Shown: positions 36,851 to 53,423 of the stretch, piece after piece
Position numbering within the stretch: position 1 is the first letter of the stretch
Layout of the letters: each line of letters starts with the position of its first letter
From: the human T2T-CHM13v2.0 reference genome, Homo sapiens
Direction: 5' to 3' (one strand)
Assembly (NCBI RefSeq): GCF_009914755.1
Contig: NC_060926.1
Length of the DNA: 64,000 nucleotides
Translations under genes and position numbers: made by a program
The notes under the pieces: generated by a model
Database searches by the model: none
Seen by the model: the letters and a program-made list of their open reading frames with translations, nothing else
Told to the model about the DNA's origin: nothing

Positions 36851-37520
36851 AACAGTCTATCAGAGGGCTTGTAGTGATTTGGAAAATAAAGGCATTAGGT
36901 TTTTAAATCTATATACCCACAGTTTATCCAGGGTTTTCAGCCTGTCATATACCTGTGACATCTATACCCAGCAACAAAAGTATTTTTGGATGCCTGCTAC
37001 CCATAGAATAGCACCCTGCTTACTTCCCACTGCCTTCAAGATTGAAGGGTCTGGTTTCTGCCTACCTCTCCCGCTCCATCTCCTTCTACCCCTACTCACT
37101 CCAGGCCAACTGGCCTTTTTTCCTTTTCTCAAGCACACTGGGAACTGAGTCCTTTGCTGCCTCAGGGCCTTTGCACACGCCTTTGCCTCTTGAAAACTCC
37201 TCAGCCTTCAGCTCGCTTCCTCATTATCACTTCTGGAAAGGCACCTTCCATGAAAATTCTATCCAAGGAAAGTCTCACTTTCTCCCCCTTAATTATGGTC
37301 CATGGCTGCACACTATTCTTTTCCATTTCTTCGATAACACTATTAAAAGTTGTAATTGGTTGTTTTTTCATTAATTGTTTCTCGTCTATTTCCCCCTACT
37401 AGATTACAAGTCCATGAGGACAAAACAGTGTCTTTTTTTATTCTCCTCTATACTCCTAGGGCCTAGTCCAGTGCTTGACACACGGAAAACACATAAATAT
37501 TTGTAGAATGAATGAACGAA

Positions 37521-37911
37521 GGCAGGGATTGGCTATGTCCCACGGGCCATATTTGGCCTGTTGCTTGTTTTTGTAAATAACTATGCTCATTTATTTATGT
37601 ATTGTCCATGGCCGCTTTCATGCTACAATGAGAGTTGAATAATCATGACAGAAACCATGTGGCCACAATGCCTAACTTACTATTTGACCCTTTGTAGATA
37701 GGCGGCCAGATAAAATACAGAATGCTCAGATAAATTGGAAAGCAGAGAAACAATGAAAAATTTTTAGTGTACATGTGGTCCAAATATTGCATGGGACATA
37801 TTTATACTAATAATTATTTGTTGCTTACTTGACATTCGAATTTAACTGGATCTCCTGGATTTTTATGTGCTGAATCTGAAAACTCTATAGAAAAAAGTGT
37901 GCCAACCCTTG
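37521..37911 (+). mobile_element. MER58A-like hAT MITE interrupted by MER53
   Basis: 'tttgtaaataa...gctttcatgctacaa...ttactatttgaccctttgtaga' resumes as 'tagaaaaaagtgtgccaacccttg' after 37887. Confidence 0.7.
37699..37887. mobile_element. MER53 palindromic MITE
   Basis: tagg..gccagataaaatacag...tccaaatattgcatgggacata...tttaactgg...aatctgaaaactcta; ~190-bp degenerate palindrome. Confidence 0.8.
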
Positions 37912-38832
37912 AATTTATAAATAATTACCTCAACTGTTCAAGCTCAACAAATACTGATTCCAAAATTTTCTGTTTATTTTCTGAAGATTCAATAATGCCA
38001 AGACAACAAAATGTTAAACTATGTTATCATTAATACTAGTCCCTTGGTAGGATATTTGGGGCTTTTCTGGATAATCAGACATAAAATGAAAATAGAAAAT
38101 ACTCTTAAACTCTTCTTATGTCCCGGGGGTTGTCAGTTTCACTTGTCCTTTTGTGCCTTGATGCCATATGTGATTATTTCAAAGGCTATGACACGTGGAA
38201 AATGCTTGGTTGCTGTTAGACTCCTGCATAGTGATACAAGCTGGGTGAGCTCCCTTCAAACTTACAGTCCGGGCCAGCCTCACAGACACCACATAGAGTG
38301 GCCAACTGCAACCATAGGAAAGGCTTTAGGGGATACATGGGTAACTGAATTATGCAGGAGTGCCCTTGTGCTGTGAGACCCAGAGAAAGCGGAGAAGGGT
38401 AATTACACAGCTTTGAGCAGTTAGCAGCTCAGAGAGGAGTTTTGTTCACAGATGTCAAAGTCTTCACCAAAGGGGCAATTTCAGGCATAAGAAAATGAAT
38501 ACTGGAAATAATTTGTTGGTCCTATTAATATAAAAAAGTAACTAAGTATTATGTGAATATGTAAAAGTAACCCAGGAGGTAAAAATGCAGTACTTGCTCA
38601 GGTTTTGGGCTGCTGGTGGGAAAGGACAAGTTTGCTTTTATTTTAAAGTAGACACCTATAAGTATGGCAACTATAGGCTCAGAATTTTGTAGGATGATCT
38701 TGATTTCATATAGTTACTCTCATCAATAAAAATTTTGATGTATAACTACATGCAATTTAATTTGTATGCCTTTATAAGATTATACATGTATAAACATTCA
38801 AAAAGTTTGAACATACTTAATTGTACGATTAA

Positions 38833-39105
<273 letters not shown>

Positions 39106-40063
39106 TAGCTATGTCTGAGTGGTGAGTTTATGAGTGATCTTTGTTTTCTTCTTTGGGTTTTCTGTATTCCTCCTCACTTTTCTTTTTGCAAATAGTATAT
39201 ATTAGTTTTATAATCAGAAAAAGAGTAACTTAAAGTTTCATTTTGTTTTGGTCATACTTCCACACTACATTACTGGTGGGAGAGTAACTGATACAACTAC
39301 TTCGGAAAGCAACTTGGACAAACTCAGTAAAATTATAGATGCCATTCCCCTGTGACCCAAGGATTTCACTTCTCAATAGAGCATATGTGTGCAAAGATGT
39401 GCATGGCTGCAACACTTGTAATGCTGCACAACTGGAAGTGATCTGATGCCCTCACTTGCAGAATGAACACATTGCCAGTAATACTGTGAATGGAGCGTGC
39501 ATAGCAGTGGGGTGGAGTAAACTATAGCTATACGTATCTCCATGGACAAGCCTCAAAAGCAGAGCATTGAGCTTAACAAAGTTTTAATACCTGGCAGATG
39601 AACCAATAGATAAATTCTCTATAAATGGCAGAGTGCTTCAAGTGCTTAATGCCACAGAACTAACACTTAAAAATGGCTAAAATGTAAAGTTTATGTTATA
39701 TGTATCTTACCATAATAAGAAAATATAATAAAAAACCCCAAATATATAACATTGAGTCAAAAAGCAAATGGTAAAAATAATGTGTACAGCATGAAATTAA
39801 GCTTATAAGCCAAAACTACATAATTAGTTATGGATGTACATATATGTGTACATATATATATGTATATATATACACACACACATATTTTTAATAGCACAAA
39901 AAACAAATGTGAGAATGACAAACACTAAGTTCAGGATACTGGTTACCTCTGTAGAAGGACAGGGGAACTAGACCAGAGTTGGGCAGTTACACAGCATGCA
40001 ACTAGATCTGGGTTGTTTCATTTGTTTAAAAAATCCAAAGCAAATATGGTGGCAAAATGTTAA

Positions 40064-40402
<339 letters not shown>

Positions 40403-40833
40403 GAGTGTTTATTATATTACGCCATTTTTCCATATGCTTGAACTATATGCTCATCATAAACCTATAGTCTTGGTCAGACCACGTGCCCCCAATTTCTCAC
40501 TTTGATTGGAACCATAGATTGTGATTACCATAGACAGTAGCTGTTTTAGATGTGCTGACCCAATGCATAGTGTTCCCTAGCTGTGTGGCCTGTTCTTACC
40601 ACCCAGAGCTTAAACAACCCACGGGGCAGAATCCAAATGTCTGTCTTTTTTCAAGTCTATGCATCTTTAAATTGCTCTGTTCATCCAAATTAACAGCAAT
40701 AGGGAAGAACCCTAGATGAAGTATTTCCTGATCTTAAAGCACTGTGCAATTTACAGGGAATTCATCTATTGGTTTAGCTGTCAGGCAGCTCTGCTCTACC
40801 CTTGAATTCTATGCTTTTTAAAGCTGGTTGCTT

Positions 40834-41139
<306 letters not shown>

Positions 41140-41189
41140 TTAAAATCTGTGTCTGGTGGTCTAGTGGTCTGCTTTTTCACTATAGCAGG

Positions 41190-41239
41190 TTCAATTGTGA
41201 GTTATCTCAGTGATTCAATTGTGAGTTATCTCAGTGATT
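41190..41239. repeat. Perfect 24-bp tandem duplication (ttcaattgtgagttatctcagtga x2)
   Basis: Units at 41190-41213 and 41214-41237. Confidence 0.95.
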
Positions 41240-41892
41240 GAGACTGTAGATTCAGATTATCTGAGTTCAAATCTTGGCTCTTACATGCAATTTGCATAAG
41301 AAGGAGTTTAAATGATAAAATGAGTGCAAAATCCTGAACCTCCAGGGTGCCACCTAATAAGCTCTTGACAAACGTTCCCTATTACACTATTATTATCATA
41401 GTCATAGTTGCATATCATCACCAGCCCTCACCCCTATAAAGTGAAGGGCTTGGTCCAACACCATGATATTGTTAGCATCAAAAGCAGTTTTATGATTGCC
41501 GATTAATTTGCTGCTCCTTATAGGAAAGATAGTGAATAGAAAAGAGTAAAAACATTGACAGACATGAAAACTCTGACCCCTCAGCTGGAGTCTCTTTCCA
41601 GAACACAACTCTAAAATGCCCTCATTCTGTTTTTATAGGCAAAATATTAGTTTACAAGTCTGCTGATGCTCTCTCAGACTTCTTAAGGCAGGCACTACGT
41701 CTTATTCTTCTCTATAGTCACAAACTTTGGCATAGTTCACAGGAGGTACTCATGATATGTTTGAGAAATGAAGGAATGAATGACTATGCAGTCTATAGCG
41801 TCTTAGTTTCAATGATATGCTAGATATCCTGTGCGTTGTAAATCTGTAAATCTCAAAGCATTTAGATCTCGCATTATTGAAATCCCATTTTA

Positions 41893-42207
<315 letters not shown>

Positions 42208-45200
42208 CTACAAGTATTGGCCTAATCAGGCATCTCATTAAGGTCCTGCTTTAAACCTGTACCTTTTTCTTTCTTGTGTTTACTTTCTCAGTTATGAGGC
42301 TTTGAGTTCTTTAGAAGAAAAGTACTATGTGTGATCTAAGGGGTAACTGATGATTTTTCATGGTTAGGATTGGAAAATACTCCCAACAACTCTGACTGAT
42401 AATCTGAGGACATAAGGTTTATTTCCAAAACCTCCCTCTCTAAGGGATGTTTTCATTAATAAGGAAAGTGTAGGCAGCTGGCCCTCCTCAGTCTTTGTTC
42501 CCAGATACTATCAATTAAGGAGAAATGAAAATACTTTCCATTACACTTAAATAAAGAGCAATTTATTACCTCCATGGAGATGTCTCATAATCCAGAAGTG
42601 GTCGTTTTACTCCTAGATGATTTTATTTTTACTAAAATCACAAGTTTGGAATACTCCACTACAGAATGAGATTGATAGGATAAAGAATATCTAGACTATG
42701 CCCTAAAATTAGCTACATTACAGCTTACTAAACTTTGTTATTTGTGTGGAGGTCATTGGAATTCATGGTAATTTCCCTCCTCCAGAATCAAGGTCATTGA
42801 CTGTTGAGGCTGAAATCTTCCCGCCCAGTCTTTTTTATTGCCTAAAAACTGAGGCCAGAGAGATAAAGAGATTTCCACTGGAGCAAAATTGTTTTGATCT
42901 TTTCCAACAGGAACATTATAAAACAAAACAATAATAGAACAGGCTAACAAATAGCAAAGGGGTCCAATTTTTATTTTCTCTCTCTATTTTCTCTGCCTCT
43001 TTTCCTCCCTCGCTGCAATGAAAAGCTCAAAAGAACCAAATAGAAGAAAGAAGAGGTAAAATAACAGCTGGGTTATTGATTCCTGAAAAATGGAAACTTA
43101 CGTATGGTGGATAATTTCCACAAGCCACACAAGGACATCAGGCTTATAGCATATGCGGCTGCTGTTTATGTTTGTTTATAGATCTAATGGCCATCAGGTG
43201 GGTACTTGCTCAGGGTGTTCCTTTTATGGCCTGCTAGAAGGCTGTGGAGCTTCTCCAACATGTTGGTCCTGAGACTGATGGCAGAGTGTTCATCTGCATC
43301 CAATGTGGGAGGGATGGAAGAAGGGACAGCCAGGGCTGCAGAAGGTTCTGGCAATGGTCAGGTGCCCCCACTTGCTCTGTGTCTGTGGGCTTCCTCAATC
43401 TTAACAAGTGCTTGTCACGCAAAACTCCAAGTCTTTCTTTTGACCCAATTTTAGAAAAGATGAAGTGCAGTTATTGCAATTTTTAAATCATTTGACAAAT
43501 ATCTACTGAGAATCTACTGTGCTTCGAGAATTGGCCTAAACAGATGAGAAAGACCTGTTGTTCTCCTCAAACAGTTAATGATTGAGGGTTTTTTGTCTCC
43601 AGAGGAAAGGTCCCTTTGGCTGCATAAAAACCTGCTTGTACTCCCCTTCTCTCATGCTTTAGAAACATTGCTTTGTGCTAACAGCCAAGAGATATTAATC
43701 AGTGGTCATAGAAGTTAGTGAGTAAACTGGAAGTACCAGTATACTTCTTGTTTACTTTCCAATTGCTGTGTTTCAGCATTACATCACAAATACCAGGTCA
43801 TATAATAATTATTGCTATTAACTTCACTAAAGTCATCTTTTCAAGCCAGATGTAGATATTTTGAATAGCTATAGGATATTTTAAAGCCTTGGAAATAGCC
43901 CACAGTGATTAATAATATGATTCGACAATGTCATAAAGAATGTTGATTTAATTGCTTTTTATCTCAATAGCTTACTAGGAAAGAGAAGCTATTCAGATAA
44001 GACAGTTGAGGTTTAGTGGCCTGATACTATGTTAATGTAAATTAACAGTAAACATTTTAAAACTACAGAGGAAATATAAAAACTTTTTTTTAACTTGGGT
44101 AATTGAATCCTGATTCAAAATGGTAGTTAGCACTAGAATGTAATATACTACCCACTGCTCAGTCTATTATCATCATTATCTTTCGAACCCTATAATTGGA
44201 CAAACAGGAAACTATTCATAATAATAAGTTTGTTCAAAAATATTCTGTTGGCTGGAGTCTGGGGTGCACACTACAGCCATACTGAACTGAAGCAAAACTG
44301 CTTACTTTATCCTTTTCACTGTTCATCTCTGTTACAACAATGTACAGGCACACTACACACCTGGGCGGTCCAAAGCATTCTACCACAGTTACTAAAAAAA
44401 ACAGTCATTTTTCCTGCATTCCATGAGTGGGCAACATAAATTTTATTTGCTGCAGACAGGGCCTTCGTTGAACCTAAACCTGTGTGGCCTGTGCAGGCAA
44501 GTAACTATGCTTAACGTGTAACTCGGGCAAATAATTTTCCTTCTGGAATTTTCATGAAATCTAACCACTTAATTGCTTTATTTATCTATCACTGGTTTTA
44601 TTTTTCAGTGATTCTTCAGTAGCTACGTTCCTTATATCGCAGTTATCCAAACATCAAATCGCACAGGACTCCTGCACATACAGGGCTCCTTCTAAAAGAT
44701 GTGAATTGAAAGGCAACACAAGCCATTAGTGGACCGTTTTCAGTTTTCATTATCAATAAAATGGAAGATCAGCATTTTCATGCTGTGTGAAGGCTTCAAG
44801 GATGTGCATTGTTGCTGTTATTATCTTTAGGCCAGGCTGCTGCCTGCCCCTACTAATGCAGATGGAATGATGAGCCCATCAAAATAAAAATAAAACAATG
44901 AAACGGTCAGTCATAGAGTGGGTGGCTGACCTGGACTGTCGTATGACCCCTTGAAAATGTCCCTTTGAATTTAGTGAAGGCTGGATGGTAAAGACCACAG
45001 ATCATGACAGAACATAAATTCGCCTCATAATAAGATTAGAAGACAGGCAAAATCGATGTCCTGCTGTTACATTAGAGGCAGACTCTAATCTGGCATTTTC
45101 CTCGGAAATGATCATTTCCCTTGCAACGGGGGAATCATGGATGCAACTAGCTTAAATCCGACAGGCTCTGTTTTGCCATGTAGTTATTTTTCATCTGCCT

Positions 45201-46652
45201 CTGTCTTTTTAATAGCGGTTTTGGGGAGACGTATAAATGAGTTGTGAGTCTTAAAGACTATTACCAAAGTGAGTTATGGTAGTCTATGTTCACGATCATC
45301 AATCGCATTCCCCAGACTCCCCTTTGAAGAAAAGTTCTGTGCAACTCCTCCTCCCACTTCTAAACTGGAGCCTTGCTGTGGAGAAGGTGTTGTGACCCCC
45401 AGGGTCCTCTCACACTAGCCTTAAGGATCAAAGGCAGAATAGACTCACTATTGTATTTGGGGGTATTTAAAAAAAGTCTCAACTGCAACTCTACTACTTA
45501 AAACCACTGGAAACAAATATCACATACTAAAAAGCCTGAAGAAAATGCCCATATCAGGTGAACCCACATGGGCTCTGCGTAGAACACAGGTTTCAAGTAT
45601 GGAGCTTGATTGCAAGGAACTTCCTTGGTTTGCAGCAGAAGGCAATCTCACCTGGGAGTACAATACCCTCCTCTCATTCAAAATGCAAGATAGCATCTCC
45701 TGCTGGATCCTTTCTACAGAACCTGATGCAAGTTCATGGGGCTGTACCGTCCTTAGTAGTGAGTGGCATTTAATCAAAGCCTTCTGTGACATAATCTCAG
45801 AGTTTCAGAAGCCCTGTGAAGTCACCAAGCAAGTTAAGAGGTCCTTTCAAAAGGAATGAGAGATCAAACTCTGTATTTAGGAGCATTTGACACTTCTGCA
45901 TAGAAGGCACAGACTATTTAATTTCTCTGCATTATTTTTAGGGCCCCTGCTAAAGACTCCTTACTTCTCTGTAAAACTGCAGGAGTAAATCAATTCAGGG
46001 CATTTTGACATATTTTTCCTAGGCTGGGAAAAAAAACCACAGAAATCTTTTGTATGTGCATATATCGTATTTTTTTGCAGTTTGCACAGTGGTTTGGGGA
46101 CAGCACTTCATCTAATGAAACCATTCCCTTTTTGCAGTTGGTGCTTCCATTCAAACACTTGAGCTGCAAATCCAGCTGGTTTAAGGGATAAATTGTATTT
46201 TGGCCCCATATAACAAGTTTTTTCCTTTAACTTTCCAATTCTCAATAGCTTGTGTCTCTGTGTGTGTCTTTTCTAAGTATCTAATTTGCAAATGCCAAAG
46301 AATGTGAAGTCAATTCTGCTCCCACTCTTAAGATTTTCTCTGTTCTCTGTTAACTCCCTCATTAGATGAAATAATTCAAGGGGACAGATAATAAATTTTC
46401 TTTTAGGTAGGCTGTCCTATATTTGTTGATACTCTCCTCCAGCATATCTGTTTCATTTCCTTAACTCAGTCTTTCTCATCCCACCTTATTAGTTCCCCAT
46501 GCCCTACTGCACCTAGGTGTTTACAATTTAAATTGCAAGCAGTAAATGAGTCCACTTAGCCAAGCGCCCAGTACATTTGGTGTGTGTTAATGATTATCTA
46601 ATGGCCTTCCCATGTGTTAAACTCACAGAGTTAATGTTAAAGTTTCATGTCA

Positions 46653-46790
<138 letters not shown>

Positions 46791-48614
46791 CTAAAATTAA
46801 CATATATAATTTTGCATCATCTCAATAAAATAATGTAAATAAAGAAAGGAATATTTATTTCAAAGATACCTTTTTGAGTTTGGCATTTCAATGCTCACAG
46901 GCATTATAGCTCTATCACTCTAAGTAAACAAATACACAATTAGCATTATTCACTTAGTTGGTTTAATAATCTTTTTCTAAATCTTATAAATCCAGTCAAG
47001 TCCTAAGAGTCAGTTCCTGTTGATGTGGTGTATCATGCTCTGCCACTTCTAAGAAGACCATTTGAAATTTATTTAAAGACTAACAGTGTGTCCTATTTTC
47101 AAGGGTAGACAAACATTTCTTCTCCTTCTAAGTGACACTTACCAGCAGGCTAGGAATTCCTCAGTCGAGGGAGGGGCTGTTGGACTATAATATACATGAC
47201 TGAAGTGACTCTTGTAGCTCTGAAACTCCTATTGGAATTGGATGAGGTGGAATGAGGGTTGCTGAGGTATGACATACTATGACATTCCCGTACTAATCCT
47301 TGGGTTTGGTTTTACTGCCATTTTAATATCACAAGTTGGTTGCATGGAATCGTGCAATATTTTTACAGGACAATTGAAAACTACATTGTACTTCTGTTCC
47401 ATTGGCATATTTGTTCCCAAGTGATATGTGTACTGTATAAAAAATAAAAGAAGCTTAATTTTTAAATTGGAATATGGACTTTACTTTTCAAGTTTGGAAA
47501 ATATTATGTGGCATTTGCCCATTATATGAATCTAAATGTGAATAATGTACAGAGGAAACTCAAGTGAGGTACTAGCCTGCTAACAATTAAATTAAGAATA
47601 TGTTAATTATGACATAAGTAACATATGTTAATTATGTTAAGGGAGTCAAAGGGAGAAGTCAGCCAAAGGGAGGAACACTGATAAATAAGCCCTCCTGTAC
47701 ACTCATATGGAATATTCACATATTCTTAGTACTACTGGAGTATTTTCATCTAAAGCCTTCTTTAGGCACAAGGTTCAAGTTGAGAGAAAAGTGTAGTTTT
47801 GCCTAAAACACTGCAATAAATTACCCAACTGCAAATGGCTATGTCATATGTGATTTCCATCACATTTGGATTTTTATTAATAGAGATACCAAATATTATC
47901 CATTTCCTCTGCTTTTCAACTGCGTAAAAATCCTTTACGCTGATGCCTAAATCCCTCCAGTGCCAGTCCCTCCTTATCTCCACGTGTTCCCACACTCCTT
48001 AGCTGCTGTGTGTGTGTAGCCAGGATCACACCACATAGTCCTTCGAAGGTGAGCGAAGCTGGTTTTCTATTTGAATCAGATCTGTTGGTTTAATTCCCAC
48101 AACCATACTGTAAGTTCAAGGCCAGGAACCACCTTGTATTATTTTTTGGCCTGAGGAATCTGGCCCGAGTTTTGAGTACACAGGAAGTGCTCAGAGGACC
48201 CGGGGGCTATGTTGCAGGCAGGCATAGATACGGTCTCTGGCTTCTGTGGATTTGTTACAACTTATTCAGAAAGAACAACTTGAACATTTATTAGCTGAGA
48301 AGTTCATATTAGGCAATAAGTAGTGTTAGCTTTTATGAACCTGCCTCGTTCAAAATGGAGCTTTTTGTGGTGCTTTTGAAAAGTTGCAAGAAAAGGGTAA
48401 TGAAAAGGGGATAAATTTTCCAGTTTCTTGCCCCTCACTGACTAAAAGACAACATGCGGCTATCCTCACTGATATTGTAATATGAAAAGGCAGAGTATGT
48501 GATTAAAGAATATACACATTTGGGGAATACTACTGATCAAATGTTTGGGGAAAACATTCATGTCGAAATTTAGAAATTTAGGTCAAGGAATAGTAGTGAG
48601 TAATGAACTGTTAA

Positions 48615-49116
<502 letters not shown>

Positions 49117-50015
49117 TCTATTTCATACATTAGTTGGCACCCACTGTGTTATAGGCACTGTGCTATCAGGAAACAGAGATAATAAACCAGGTCTGGACCT
49201 GAGGATTGTGCAAGAAAGACAGACAGATGTAAGAAAACATATTTCTACATAGAGATGCACAAGAACACATCTGCGTATGCAACTGAAGGGAAAGACAATT
49301 GCTTCAGAGCCTGGCAGAGGTCAAAGAAGGCTCTCTGGGGGCAGTAATGACTGAACTGGCTTTTCAAGGATAATGAAGAGTTTCTCAGCAGGCTAGGAAG
49401 GAAGGATATTCCAGGCAGAGGGAATAACATGTGCACAAGCATAGCAGCCTCATGGTCTGTTCAGGAAAAGCAGCTGGATACATAGGGGTCTATTGAGGAG
49501 ATCATGCATGTCCAAAGAGCTCTGAAATTTTTTCCTGGTTTTACAAGAGTTAGCTGTTTTCTTTGAATGTCACTAGCATTTTATAAATGACAAAAAATAA
49601 GCCAAAGGTTAACAAGCACCAACCAAGCCATACCTGACTAGTTGTTACCCATGGAACATGAAAGGATGGCCTGATTCAAGGACTATCATTCACTGCAAAT
49701 CCTATGTGGCTACTGTTCTGGTCTGGGTCCCTCCTTTCTGAGGCTGTGGCTGAGAATAGAATGAGCTGCCTGTATTGCTTTACCAGCACCAGGATTTTTG
49801 AGAAGTTGGGGAGGTTCTGGGATCATGGGATTCATAGCAGATCTAACTTCCCACATGTCCCACCGTCCACCTATGCTCTGGTGGGAACCTCTGAGGATGG
49901 TGAGAATCGAGCTGGGGCAACTTGTTAATCCCACATTAGAAAATGTGCACTGCTTTCACCAAGCGTATGTTATTTCACATGTATTACACTAGTTGTTGCT
50001 TCGTTCTCCTACTTA

Positions 50016-50213
<198 letters not shown>

Positions 50214-51450
50214 CTACAGTGAGAAAGAAACATTTGTGTGATATTGGAGGGAGGCAGGCATTTATTGAGTGTGGATCAATTATGCTTGGACACATTTAGG
50301 TTATAAAAATAATATTGCTAGTCTATTTTAGCCTTTTTATCTATCGTGAATTGATAATATTAATGTTTTTAATAAAACATGAAATTCTGTGACATTTGCT
50401 TTTTCCTGGATAACATTTTCATATGATTTATGCTTCAGAAAAATATAGCTCCACTACAATCGGTATGCAGTTAATCTTGACTTTTACATAGTTCAATTAT
50501 TTTTACTATCCAGCTTTCAATTCTCCAAAAAAATTGAGCAGAGGAGGTCATAGATGGTCCCAAATCCAAATTGAAGCCAAACTCATCAAAATGCAATGTT
50601 AAAGGGGCTCAGAGTAAGCCTGTTTCATTAAAATGTCACCCAACATTTAGGCACATATTTCTCTTTCCAATGATGTCATCCAAAAATTATGAACCTAATA
50701 CAAGGATAAGAATTGCTTATGAAAGTATGGCCCGAAGGTCCTGTTAATTAAAATTGTCTGTTGTTGGTGTTTAGTAAAGCCCTCCCCTTTAATTAATATT
50801 AGTCCAGGAACTAATTGGGTAAAAACGCATCCTGGCTCTTCCATCCCACCTTATCCCTTTCCTTCCTCCTCTAATTCCTTGGCCCTCCCACCTTCTAGGA
50901 GCTTCAGCCCTGTTTATTTCCTGATATTTTTCATGAAGGGCTGTTGCCTAAAGACAGGGGAATAATTCTTGTGGATACTTGTCAGACAGTCAAGGAGGAG
51001 CAGTGTTCCTGTAATGTTGTAGAGACAGCAAACTTCCGAAGCTTATTGTTGGTTCAAAACAATAGCTATGTAGTCATATGTATGAACATATACTGACGTA
51101 GAGCATTTTAACTTTTTAAAATAAATGTTCTACCCTTGATTTTTTTATCATGATTAATCCAAAAACTAATCTGATCTTGATCTTTGAAAATCAATCATGC
51201 ATAGCTATTGTTTCAACTAAATTTTCCCAACACGACAATTTTCTTAGATTATTCAAATAGTAGGCAGAAAGGACAGTCCCCATTTCAACATGATTTAATT
51301 AAACATTTGGTAAAAATTGTGTATTTTAAGAAAAATATGAAATATAGAAATTTAGAGATCAAAGGAAAGGAAATTAGCTAATCTTTTTGAAGTAGAATTA
51401 TTAATAAGAGATGAATTTTATGTTAACAGAGTGAAACAGCACTCCCTTCA

Positions 51451-51675
<225 letters not shown>

Positions 51676-52354
51676 TTAATGGATCTAATAGCTTAGCAAC
51701 ATTCTCCTAAATGAAGATTAGTTTTTCTAAAGGGCCTGACTCTGCAACTCAGCTATGAATCTCACTGTTAAGGTTGTTGACATCATCCCCAACCCTTTCT
51801 ATGTTGACCATATTCGCTGACACTTATTTAGAGCTTATTGTGTGTCTTGCACTGGCTCAAACTCAGATAACAGATAATCAGGTGATCAGACTCCAGTGTG
51901 TGTGTGTGTGTAATCACTACCTTCTATGGGCTCCCAACCAAAATTCACCACTAAGTTAATACAACGACAATTCCTTTGTATTCTGATATCTCAGGCTGTC
52001 ATCAAGTGTGAATCACCCTGTAGCAAGACAAGAGAGGAACCTGTCTTCTTTTTCCTTTGCTCCCTCCTGTACTCCCAGGTCTGCCTGCCAAGGGCCCAAC
52101 AATTGTAGCAGCATTCTTGATTTGAGAGTCCAACTCTACTGTGATTGAATAGGCCAGTCTAGAAATAAAACCACTACTTAAGGTACAATGTTACGATGAA
52201 ATCTGCACCAAAGATATTACAGTAGAACACAAAGGGCTGATCATGAGTTCAGCCACATCTTATTTTGAAAGCAAGTTTCTAGCTGTGCATGAAACTTTGG
52301 GCAAGTTACTCAACACTTCTGAGCTTTGGATTTTAAAATGCGGATAATCGTATA

Positions 52355-52540
52355 GAGGAGAGGTTCTCCAACTGAGATCCCTGGCCCAGCATCATGAGCA
52401 TCACCCGGCAAATTGTTAGAAATGCAAAATCTGAACCCCTACCCAAGACCTGCTGAGTTAGCTATGCTGGGGGTAGGCTCACTGGCGTGCATTGTACTAA
52501 GCCTTCTGGATGCATGCTAAAGTTTTAGAATCACTGGTGT
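52355..52540. mobile_element. MER5A-like MITE
   Basis: 'ggttctccaac...agcatcacccggcaaattgttagaaatgcaaaatct...atgctaaagttttagaatcactg'. Confidence 0.7.
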
Positions 52541-52742
52541 AGAAGCGCAAAGAGACAAAAAAGCATAGCGCCTGGTGAGGGAATGATGTGCTGCCTGGGG
52601 ATGAACTGGTTGATTCTTAATATGGGCACATGTGGGGCCTGGGCCTTGGCTCTACAGGTCCAGTAGCTTACTTTGTCAGCACGAGAAGGTGCATTTTTCA
52701 ATGTTAGGCTTCAGTTCATCAAGTTCATCTGCCTGAGGTATA

Positions 52743-53423
52743 CAGTTGATCTTCATTATTCACAGATTCTATATTTGTGAATTCACCTAGTTGCTAAGAT
52801 TTATTTGTTACTCCCTAATTAATACTTGCCGTGTTTTCTGAGTCATTCGTGGACATGTGTAGACAGGCAAAACAAAACAACAAAACAAAAAAACCCAAAA
52901 CAAAGCATCTCCCTATATGCACATTCCCAACTGGAATCAAACACGGTGGTGCTCTGCCTTCTTATTTCAGGCCTCCAACTCTAAGCCAGTGTCTTTTTCA
53001 CGGTCTACATAGTACCACCTTTCTTTCATTTTTATGCTTTTCATGGATGGTTTCACTGTTTAAAATAGCCCCCAGGCATAATGCTGAAATGCTGTTTAGT
53101 GTTCCTAAGTGCAAGAAGGCTGTGATGTGTCTCATTGAGAAAATAAGCTGTGTGAGACAAGCTTCATTCAGGCATGAGTTATAGTGCCTTCGTCTGGAGT
53201 TCAATGTTTATAATTCAATGAGATCTATTACATGTGGCGTCTTTAAATAGAAGCACGCATAAAATAAGTTTGTGTAGTGATTTGTTAATGAAAATGTGAT
53301 AGCCAGAGGCTCACAGGAACCTAACCCTATATTTTCCTTGGGAGCAATGATTCAATATTCCATAATTCATTGCTTGGGGCAAGTTTGCAGAACATGACTA
53401 CCATGAATAATGAGAATTGACTG
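52743..53423 (+). mobile_element. MER82-like TcMar-Tigger element
   Basis: TIRs cagttgatcttcattattca ... tgaataatgagaattgactg, flanked by TA/TG; about 680 bp. Confidence 0.8.
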
